From Armatimonadia bacterium (GTDB lineage Bacteria > Armatimonadota > Zipacnadia > Zipacnadales > UBA11051), in contig JBDKRC010000235.1 in NCBI GenBank assembly GCA_039683575.1, positions 1 through 64,000 on the forward strand: a stretch of DNA of 64,000 bases, written 5' to 3'. Below the pieces are notes generated by a model. It ran no database searches, was not told where the DNA came from, and saw only the letters and a program-made list of their open reading frames with translations. This document shows positions 56,552-64,000 of the stretch, in pieces; position 1 is the stretch's first letter; every line of letters starts with the position of its first letter. The position numbers were made by a program, and so were the translations under genes.

Positions 56552-58174
56552 ATGAAGAAGATCGTGCTTCTGCTGCTCGTGGGGATACTTGGTGTCATTG
56601 TGACTGCCCAAGCACAGACGGCGACTGTTGATTCCCCGCGTGAAGTGCGCATCGCGGAAGGCACCAAGCTTTGCGACCAGGCGGACAAGCTACTGGCGGA
56701 GGGGAAGGTGCAGGACGCTTTGAAGCTGTACCAGGCGGCGCTGAAGATCCTGCCGACTTCGCCGCGGGCGAAGGCCGGAGTGGAGAAGGCGAAGGGGGCG
56801 GCGGCAGCCCCGCAAGCCACGGCACAGCCGACGCCACCAGCCGCGCCCCCCCTCCCGCCACTGCCTCAGGAAGATGTGCCCGTGCCGCCGCAGACACAGG
56901 GTGCCTGCCCTCCGGAGGCGCTGGCGTGGCCAACGGTGATGGCGACCAAGCTGCAGGACCAGATTCCGTGGAAGGCATTCTACTGCAGTGTGGGACAGTA
57001 TGGCGGCGGGCTGGAGCGGGCCGCCCAGGCCGGACTGCGCGTGTGGGGTAGCTGGACCAATACAGCGATGTGGCTGCAACAGCCGCTTTCGGACCAATGG
57101 CTGCTGACGGTGGAAGTGGGATACCCTAAGGAAGACAAGAGCGGTCAGGCGGCCATCTGGCTCAATGGGCCAGGCCACGGGACCTCGGTCAAGGCGGGTT
57201 ACTGCATCCAGGTGGGCCGCACCGAGGGAGCCATGTACGGACCAGGGACGACGGGACGCTTCACTGTCGCCCCGCCGTTCGCTGCCGAGAGCTATCACAT
57301 TGTCAACGTGCTCCGCAAGGGGCCGCAGTTCAGCTTATGGCTGGATGGACAGGAGATCGGCAGCTTTGAGGATACCGCGTCACTGTCCGGGCCGCTGTAC
57401 TCCCGTATTGGCATCGGGGCACTCGGCGGAAGCGAGGTATACTACCGGAACCTGCGGATCCAGGCAGTGCCACCGACTCCGGCTGCCCTCACTGAGATGA
57501 GCAAGATGCCAGCCGCACCCGCGCCGACCACGCCGCCCGCTCCGAACGGTGAGTTGCTGGCCGAAGTGAAGATGGATGGCCAGAATCCGGACTGGCACAT
57601 CTCGATGCCGCAGTCCACGTTCTGGAGGGGAGACCGGGTCATTCTCTGTGGCACATCGCCACGACTGCTCTGGCAGAAGGGGACAACCCAGGACTTCGCT
57701 TTCGAAGCAGACGTCCAGTACGTGCCCAGAAAGTACCCGGACCCACTGATGGTGCCGGAGGCGCAGCCAGACCGTTACTTGGCGACAGGCGCGGCGGAAG
57801 CGGAGTTGTTCATGTTCGTAAGGTTCGCTTCCGTGGTACCGATTGACCCTAAGGACGAATACCAGCCGCCGCCCGGCGCAGGCTGGCACTTCAGTTTCAA
57901 CCAGCAGGACCACCGTCTGGTGTGGAGAGATGCGGAGGGACGCCAGGGCGAGGCAACCAGCGTCCCCGCCTTCTGCCCCTTCGGCGGCAACAGATACACG
58001 GTTCGAGTGGAGGTGCGACACGATCTCATTAGAGCCTATGTGAATGGGGCGCTGGTGACGGAGACGCCGCTGGGGGATCACTCGTGGCCGGCTAACCAGA
58101 AGGCTTTCGCGGCTGTCGGTAATTTGTTTGAAGGTGTCACCGTCTACGGCGCCCGCATCTATGCTCTGCAGTGA
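56552..58174 (+). CDS. Secreted protein: constant leader, Pro-rich linker, two LamG/concanavalin-like domains
   Basis: Signal peptide; SPREVRIAEGTKLCDQAD; LWLDGQEIG.F.D...IGIG..YRNLRI; IRAYVNG. Confidence 0.75.
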   Translation: MKKIVLLLLVGILGVIVTAQAQTATVDSPREVRIAEGTKLCDQADKLLAEGKVQDALKLYQAALKILPTSPRAKAGVEKAKGAAAAPQATAQPTPPAAPPLPPLPQEDVPVPPQTQGACPPEALAWPTVMATKLQDQIPWKAFYCSVGQYGGGLERAAQAGLRVWGSWTNTAMWLQQPLSDQWLLTVEVGYPKEDKSGQAAIWLNGPGHGTSVKAGYCIQVGRTEGAMYGPGTTGRFTVAPPFAAESYHIVNVLRKGPQFSLWLDGQEIGSFEDTASLSGPLYSRIGIGALGGSEVYYRNLRIQAVPPTPAALTEMSKMPAAPAPTTPPAPNGELLAEVKMDGQNPDWHISMPQSTFWRGDRVILCGTSPRLLWQKGTTQDFAFEADVQYVPRKYPDPLMVPEAQPDRYLATGAAEAELFMFVRFASVVPIDPKDEYQPPPGAGWHFSFNQQDHRLVWRDAEGRQGEATSVPAFCPFGGNRYTVRVEVRHDLIRAYVNGALVTETPLGDHSWPANQKAFAAVGNLFEGVTVYGARIYALQ

Positions 58175-58233
58175 CAATCGCAGGCGCACGCAGCAGCTGG
58201 TAGTGCAGAATGCTAGACTTGGGAGGCAGCCAG

Positions 58234-59949
58234 ATGAGGAAACCAGTTCCGTTTCTGATGTTGGCGATCTGGTTGGGATGTCTCGTCGCATACGCGCAGA
58301 CAGTGACCATTGATTCGCCACGCGAGGTGCGCATTGCCGAGGGTACTAAGCTTTGCGATCAGGCTGATGGGCTGGTCGCGGAGCGGAAGTATGCGGAGGC
58401 TCTGTCACTATATCGTGACGTACTGAAGATTCTGCCTACTTCGCCGCGGGCGAAGGGCGGGGTGGCGGCTTGTGAGGGGAAGTTGAAGGAGGCGGCGGCC
58501 GCGCCGAAGGCGGTCGTGGAGACGCCAAAGCCAGCGCCGGTGGCACAGGCGGCACCGCCAGCGGCGCCGCTGGCAGTGCCGGTGGCAATGGCGTCGCCGA
58601 CGGTGCAGTTAGGGCGACGGTTATTGCCTCCCAATCCCGATGACTATGAAGCATACAGCATGTTCGGCGAGATGCTTGACTGGACTAAGTCCACCGTCAG
58701 CCAGTATAAGAAACTTCCCGAGGGCAACATGCTGATAGTCACGGCCCATGGCTGGGACCCGGGAGGCCAGTTGGAGGACGGACAACTGGTGACGCTGGTG
58801 CAGGAGTTGCGCGAAATCAGGTGCCCGGTGGTGCTGACGCTGCTGAAGCAGACGAAACTGACTACGGCGGGATATGCGCAGTTGGCGGGATTGCCGAACG
58901 TCGTGGCCCTGGCGGTGCAACAGTGCGCGACGGTGGATGATGAGGTTCTGGCGAGTTTCGCCAAAATACCGGCGCTGCGTTCGCTGATGCTCAATGAGTG
59001 CCACAAGGTGACTGATGTGGGGGTCAAGCGGCTGGCGGCGCTGCAGGATCTGCAGTATCTGAATGTGGCCAAGTGTGAGTTGGTTACGAGTGAGGGCGTG
59101 AAGGCGCTCAGCGCGTGTCCGAAGCTGGCGTCGCTGAACTTGTGGGGGACGCAGGGGTTTGCTGACGTTACGGCACTGACTGGGCTGACGTCACTGCGGG
59201 CGCTGGTGATGTTTTCAAAGCTGGACTCCAAGACACTGCCCGAGCTTGGGAAGCTGAAGAAGCTGCAGACACTAAACATGTCGGGGAACAATTTCGAGCG
59301 AGATTACAGCTTCCTCGCAGCTTTGCCGGAGTTGGAGACGCTGACGATAGCTGACGATCATATGCTCAGCGATATCGGCAAGAGCGATCTTGCGGGATGC
59401 AGGAACCTTAAGAGCCTGTCGCTGCCGAACTGCGGAGGGTTGACAGGCAGCGTGGCGCCCCTGGCGGCTCTTACCCAACTGGAGTCACTTAGTCTGAGCT
59501 ACTGTCAGGAATTCACTGGAGAGGGGCTGCGGGAGTTAGCGGTGCTGCCGAAGCTGGAGGCACTTAGCATAACTGAGGCGTCGAAAGTCGGCAGTCCAGC
59601 GCTGGGCGAGATTGCCGCGCTGACGCAGTTGAAGTCGCTCAACCTGTGGAACTGCGACCTCTCTGACGCCGGGTTGGCGCAGTTGGCATCCCTGAAGGGA
59701 CTGCAGAAGGTCGGTTTGGCGGGCAAAGCAATAACGGACGTCACTTTGCAGTTGCTGGGAGGATTACCTGCTCTAGAGGAGGTAAGCCTGCGCGATACCA
59801 TAGAAGTCACTGACGCGGGGCTACTGGCACTAGCGCAGGCACCCGCAATGAAAAGGGTAGCCATACGGTACAGCAAAGTGACGCCAGCAGGCATCGGAGC
59901 GGCTAAGGCGGCCAAGCCCGGCCTTGTAACCGAAGTGATAGCGCCGTAG
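58234..59949 (+). CDS. Secreted protein: constant leader plus leucine-rich repeats
   Basis: GGGAGG RBS, ATG 58234; LRRs such as LRSLMLNECHKVTDVGV and LKSLNLWNCDLSDAGL; paralogous to the C-terminal half of the 54145 gene. Confidence 0.87.
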   Translation: MRKPVPFLMLAIWLGCLVAYAQTVTIDSPREVRIAEGTKLCDQADGLVAERKYAEALSLYRDVLKILPTSPRAKGGVAACEGKLKEAAAAPKAVVETPKPAPVAQAAPPAAPLAVPVAMASPTVQLGRRLLPPNPDDYEAYSMFGEMLDWTKSTVSQYKKLPEGNMLIVTAHGWDPGGQLEDGQLVTLVQELREIRCPVVLTLLKQTKLTTAGYAQLAGLPNVVALAVQQCATVDDEVLASFAKIPALRSLMLNECHKVTDVGVKRLAALQDLQYLNVAKCELVTSEGVKALSACPKLASLNLWGTQGFADVTALTGLTSLRALVMFSKLDSKTLPELGKLKKLQTLNMSGNNFERDYSFLAALPELETLTIADDHMLSDIGKSDLAGCRNLKSLSLPNCGGLTGSVAPLAALTQLESLSLSYCQEFTGEGLRELAVLPKLEALSITEASKVGSPALGEIAALTQLKSLNLWNCDLSDAGLAQLASLKGLQKVGLAGKAITDVTLQLLGGLPALEEVSLRDTIEVTDAGLLALAQAPAMKRVAIRYSKVTPAGIGAAKAAKPGLVTEVIAP

Positions 59950-59976
59950 TAGGTGAACTAACAGCAGGGCCTGGGG

Positions 59977-60368
59977 ATGCCGGCGGGCAGCGGTAACTCT
60001 AAAAGTGACCATGGCTGGTACGCCTTCAGCCCTGACAGCAAGAGGCTGATCGGGGGACAGCGGTGCGGACAGAAGTGGCGGGTAGTGGTAGAGATCCAGC
60101 CGGGGCCGGAGTACGACGCCATCGGCGTCCTGGGCGTCCTGGGCGGCAGCAACCCCTCCAAATCGCCAGCGTGTTTCAGCCCCGACAGCCGCCGCGTGGC
60201 GTATGCCGAGCAGCACGGGGCAAGTGGTTCGTCGTGCTCGACGGCGCTCCCGGCCCCGCGTACGATGACTGCTTCGGCCCGGTGTTTCCGCCGAACGGCA
60301 AGCTGGATTACTTGGCTGTAGAGGACGGCGTGCTGTATCGTGTCTCAGCGCTACCCCACGGCGCCTAG
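59977..60368 (+). pseudogene. Frameshifted C-terminal remnant of a TolB/PD40-like beta-propeller gene
   Basis: FSPDSKRL, GPEYD and FSPDSRRVAY in one frame; GKWFVVLDG.PGPAYD..GVLYRV in another. Confidence 0.7.
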
Positions 60369-60403
60369 CGCGCCGGGAGATCACATCGAAGGAGCGAACT
60401 GCA

Positions 60404-62041
60404 ATGAGCAGGGCTACCATCTACCTGGTCATGGCCGTATGGTTAGCGGTTATGGTCGGTGTTCACGCGCAGACAGTGACGCCGACTTCCCCCCGTGAAG
60501 TCAGAATCGCCGAGGGGATCAAACTGTGCGATCAGGCGGACAAGCTACTGGCGGAGGGGAAGGCTCAGGACGCTTTGAAGCTGTACCAGTCGGCGCTAAA
60601 GATCCTGCCGACGTCACCGCGCGCGAAGGCCGGGGTAGAGAAGGCGAAGGCCCCCCCGGCGGCGCCCGTAGCCGTTCCAGCGCCACCGGCCGCCGAAACC
60701 GTGCCAGTGCTGGAGCCGCCCAAGCCACCGACCCTCCCGCTGCCGCAGGATGAGTTTGCTGTTCCACCGGAGACACAGCAAGCCTGCCCCGCCGAGGCCT
60801 TGGCGTGGCCGACTGTAATGGCGACGACGTTGCAGGGGAGGATTCCCTGGCACGCCTTCTACATCTACGCCGGGCAATATGGCGGCAGCGTCAAGCCAGA
60901 GGGGCAGGCGGGACTGAGGGTCTGGGGCTCTTGGACCGACACCGCGCTGTGGCTGCGCCAGCCGCTTTCGGAATACTGGCTGCTCACAACTGAGGTGTGC
61001 GTCAAGAAAGACGACGGCATCTGTTTCCCGTGCTTTTGGCTGAGTGGCCCGGGATACGGCAATGCCCTCGGAATGCCCTACTCAGTGTCAATGACCTGCT
61101 CCGAAGGGTCTGTCACCGGCGGCGGGCGCACGGGCAAGTTCCGCATGCCCGAGGGCGTGAAAGAGGGAAGCTACTACACTCTCAACCTGCTGCGACAAGG
61201 GTCGCACTTTTCGATGTGGGTGAATGGTCAGCAGATTGGTGAGTTCGATGATGCGACTCTGACTGGCCCCCAATACAGCCATATAGCGATCGGCGCTCAG
61301 GGTGCCCCGGAAAAGGGCGTCTTCTTCCGGAATCTCCGCATCCAGGCGCTACCCCTGACGGCCGAACAGGCTGTGTCACTGGCGACGCCGCCGCTGTTGC
61401 CGGAAGCGACGACACCGCCCGCCCCCAACAAAAAGCTCCTGCAGGAACTTAGCCTCGACGGGCGCAGTGAAGGCTGGACATTTCCGCAGCCTCAGAACAT
61501 CTATTGGAAGCATGACAAGGCTGTGCTTGTGGATTCAGCTGCACGCCTGCTGTGGCAGACGGGGCTGACAGAGGATTTTGCTCTCGAAGTGGATGCCCAA
61601 TACCTCCCGAAGGTCTTCCCTACTCCGCTGATGCTCCCGGACAACCTGCCTGACGCCTACCTGCTTACCGGTGCCGCCGAAGGTGAACTGCAGTTGCACG
61701 TGGGCTTGGGTGATGTAGCACCCACCGGTATGGACGGAGCAGACTTGCCCTCGCGGTGGCTCTTTATCTTCAACTCGTCCGGCAACCGGCTGGTGTGGAC
61801 GGGTGCCAATAAACAGGAGCAGAAAGCTTCCTCCCCGTACTTTGGCCCCACCAATGGCAACAGATACACGCTACGAATGGAGTTCCGGCGTAACGCCATA
61901 CGCGCCTTCATCAACGGCCGACTAATGTTCGAGTCCGCAACCACCGATCACCCGTGGCTCCCGGGAACCAAGGCTTTCACGGGCCTGGATCAGGTCTACG
62001 ATGGCATCGTCATCCACGGCATGCGGATCTACAGTCTGTAG
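60404..62041 (+). CDS. Secreted protein: constant leader plus two LamG-like domains (paralog of 56552-58174)
   Basis: AAGGAG RBS; shares ACP.EALAWPTVMAT.LQ and GLRVWGSWT.TA.WL.QPLS with the 56552 gene. Confidence 0.8.
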   Translation: MSRATIYLVMAVWLAVMVGVHAQTVTPTSPREVRIAEGIKLCDQADKLLAEGKAQDALKLYQSALKILPTSPRAKAGVEKAKAPPAAPVAVPAPPAAETVPVLEPPKPPTLPLPQDEFAVPPETQQACPAEALAWPTVMATTLQGRIPWHAFYIYAGQYGGSVKPEGQAGLRVWGSWTDTALWLRQPLSEYWLLTTEVCVKKDDGICFPCFWLSGPGYGNALGMPYSVSMTCSEGSVTGGGRTGKFRMPEGVKEGSYYTLNLLRQGSHFSMWVNGQQIGEFDDATLTGPQYSHIAIGAQGAPEKGVFFRNLRIQALPLTAEQAVSLATPPLLPEATTPPAPNKKLLQELSLDGRSEGWTFPQPQNIYWKHDKAVLVDSAARLLWQTGLTEDFALEVDAQYLPKVFPTPLMLPDNLPDAYLLTGAAEGELQLHVGLGDVAPTGMDGADLPSRWLFIFNSSGNRLVWTGANKQEQKASSPYFGPTNGNRYTLRMEFRRNAIRAFINGRLMFESATTDHPWLPGTKAFTGLDQVYDGIVIHGMRIYSL

Positions 62042-62095
62042 ATCAGGCAGAAAGCCATTGCCGTCGCTGCCACAACGTACAGAGGGAGAACACCG

Positions 62096-62683
62096 ATGAC
62101 GAAGGCGACGCTCTTCTTAAGTGTCATACTCTTGCTCGGTGCGACTGTCGTTAGTTCCGCTGAGACCGTCACCGCGACATCGCCGCGCGAAGTGCGCATC
62201 GCGGAGGGAACGAAGCTGTGCGACCAGGCCGACAAGCTGCTGGCGGAGGCGCAGGCGCAAGAAGCTATGAAACTGTACCAGCAGGTCCTGACCTTCCTGC
62301 CAACGTCCCCGCGGGCGAAGGCGGGTCGGTCAACCTGCTAGGAGAAACTGAAGCAACAGCCGACGGCGTGTACCGCCGCAGCCAGGCCGGCCTTTGTGCT
62401 GCCGCCTTCAACCAGCATTTTCGAGGCTGCCATAGAAGGCAACTTGACGTCCTTGCGCGACTTCCTGGACATAGCGGGTCTCATCGCCCCGCGCCCACTC
62501 CTCATCGAGATGGGCGTGCAGGACAGCGGGTTCTTCATCGAAGAGCAACTGACAGCCTTCTCGCACCTCAAGCGCATCTACGACGCCGCCGGCGCGGGCG
62601 AGGACCTCTGGAAGGACATGCACCCGGGGGAGCATGCGTTTGCCAACAACAAGGCGCATGAGTTCTTTGGGAAGTACCTGTAG
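62096..62683 (+). pseudogene. Fifth leader-family gene: in-frame TAG, ankyrin-like start, fused in frame to hydrolase 3' end copy 4
   Basis: ORFs 62096-62341 and 62396-62683 share a frame and read ..RAKAGRSTC*EKLK..SIFEAAIEGNLTSLRDFL|DIAGLIAPRPLL..FFGKYL. Confidence 0.8.
62467..62683 (+). repeat. Well-conserved copy 4 of the hydrolase 3' end
   Basis: Encodes the same ~71 C-terminal residues as 50183-50398 with three substitutions visible (K>T, D>S, Q>K) and many synonymous changes. Confidence 0.95.
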
Positions 62684-62971
62684 AGCATCTCATGCGATGA
62701 CGGCTGTCTCATAGGCGCTGACAACGAACATGCTCTCGAGTAGAGAGGCCCATGCGCTTTCTCGGCCCACGCCTCCGTTGCTTCCTGGTGCCGAAGCCTC
62801 ACCTCACAGGGCTGTGGCCACCCCGGCGGAGAGGGGGGAGTGCTGGTCGTGCCTGTCCACGCATCCCTCGATCCGTTCGATGGCCGCCTTCGTGGCGGGG
62901 AGACCCGCGCCTGACGTCCTATTGCGTGATGTCGTACGGGCGAAGCCATGCTTCATAATGGAGGATTTGCG

Positions 62972-64000
62972 ATGAAACCTGCCCTGCTCCACTATCTCCG
63001 CGTCGCCATGATCCTACTCTGCGCCGGCTGTCGGACGGGGCCGCTTGGCGCACAGTCCTCGCCCAGACTGGTTGAGGTGTATCTTTCGGACATCGGGGCC
63101 GCATCGCTGCCGGCCGAACCATCACGGTATCACGAGAATAGCAGTTTCTACGGGCGTCAGATGACTATCAACGGCAAAGAGTACGCCCGGGGAATCGGGA
63201 CTCATGCGCCGTCGAAGATCACGTATGACCTCGAAGGTCTGGGTTTCACCCGGTTCCGGGGGGTGGTGGGAGTTGACCAGGAGACGGCTGAGGAGCCCGG
63301 GGGCAGTTGTGAGTTCGTCCTGATCGGAGATGGTAACGAGATATTCAATAGTGGCGTGGTCAGGAAGGTCGACGTGGGCGTAACCGTGGACGTTGACGTG
63401 CGTGGTATCACGGAACTGCAGTTGGTCGTGACGGACGCGGACGATGGCGATACGTGTGATCACGCAGACTGGGCTGATGCGCGTCTTCTGAGGCCCGCCA
63501 CCGCCACTCCGCCTCTGCCGCCAAAGGGCCATCAGCCTCCGGTCAGCAACCCACCGAGTTCTCCCCGCCTGCTCACCGATACGCTGCGGGAACTCAAGGT
63601 CCTGGTCGTGTGCATCGATCCCCCCGTCAATTCTGCCGACGGGAAGCGGCTGCACGAGGTGGCCCGCTGGAATGATCCCCGGCAGCTTGCGGACCAGTAC
63701 ATCGCCGCTCTTCGTGGGTGCAGCAAGGGCTATCTTCGCTACCGTATCGTTGACTGGGTAGACTGCGACTACTTCCTCCTACAGGCAGATGGTTTTCGCT
63801 ACCCAACCGCCGAAGCCTACCTTACCGCCCTCCGCGGCCAAGCCATTCACCGGCCTGATGTTGCCGGTCTTCGTAGGTTCATCACAGACGGCGTCACCTA
63901 CCATTTCAACAATCCCCGAAGCATCGCGCAGCGCGTGGCGGACGGCGAGATAGATGAGGTCTTCGTGTTCAACCCATGGGGTGCCGGCGGGTTCGGCGAG
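62972..64000 (+). CDS. Secreted NPCBM/NEW2-domain protein; runs off the right edge
   Basis: GGAGG RBS; hand translation MKPALLHYLRVAMILLCAGC...VYLSD...INGKEYARGIGTHAPSKITYDL...FRGVVGVD...DHADWADARL. Confidence 0.85.
   Translation, partial: MKPALLHYLRVAMILLCAGCRTGPLGAQSSPRLVEVYLSDIGAASLPAEPSRYHENSSFYGRQMTINGKEYARGIGTHAPSKITYDLEGLGFTRFRGVVGVDQETAEEPGGSCEFVLIGDGNEIFNSGVVRKVDVGVTVDVDVRGITELQLVVTDADDGDTCDHADWADARLLRPATATPPLPPKGHQPPVSNPPSSPRLLTDTLRELKVLVVCIDPPVNSADGKRLHEVARWNDPRQLADQYIAALRGCSKGYLRYRIVDWVDCDYFLLQADGFRYPTAEAYLTALRGQAIHRPDVAGLRRFITDGVTYHFNNPRSIAQRVADGEIDEVFVFNPWGAGGFGE

Overview
GC-rich bacterial accessory region in three blocks. (1) 1-20.8 kb: one tightly coupled minus-strand operon that looks like an Ssp-type DNA phosphorothioation (PT) defence locus. 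Order: DUF4007, ATPase, PAPS reductase, cysteine desulfurase, a 1553-aa fusion (SBD-like, NERD, two kinase domains, DptF-like), a G-like protein, a HerA/VirB4-type H-like ATPase, then a second DUF4007 + ATPase pair running off the left edge. (2) ~21-49.2 kb: an integrated mobile element with no visible capsid or conjugation genes. It carries small ORFs (DUF2958-like, ArdC-like) punctuated by a conserved ~30-bp motif, a ClpX-like ATPase, an M41 peptidase, an HRxDGPA-repeat protein, an initiator with internal iterons plus a DnaC-like loader, a degenerate ParA, a 5mC methyltransferase plus Vsr, a tyrosine recombinase, an N4/N6 methyltransferase and a large serine recombinase next to a tRNA-like 3' fragment. 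(3) 49.4-64 kb: an alpha/beta hydrolase whose 3' end recurs three more times, interleaved with secreted-protein genes; five of these share a constant N-terminal module joined to LRR, LamG-like or ankyrin-like domains. All family calls come from motif recognition by eye, not database searches. No CRISPR array, rRNA or intact tRNA was seen.
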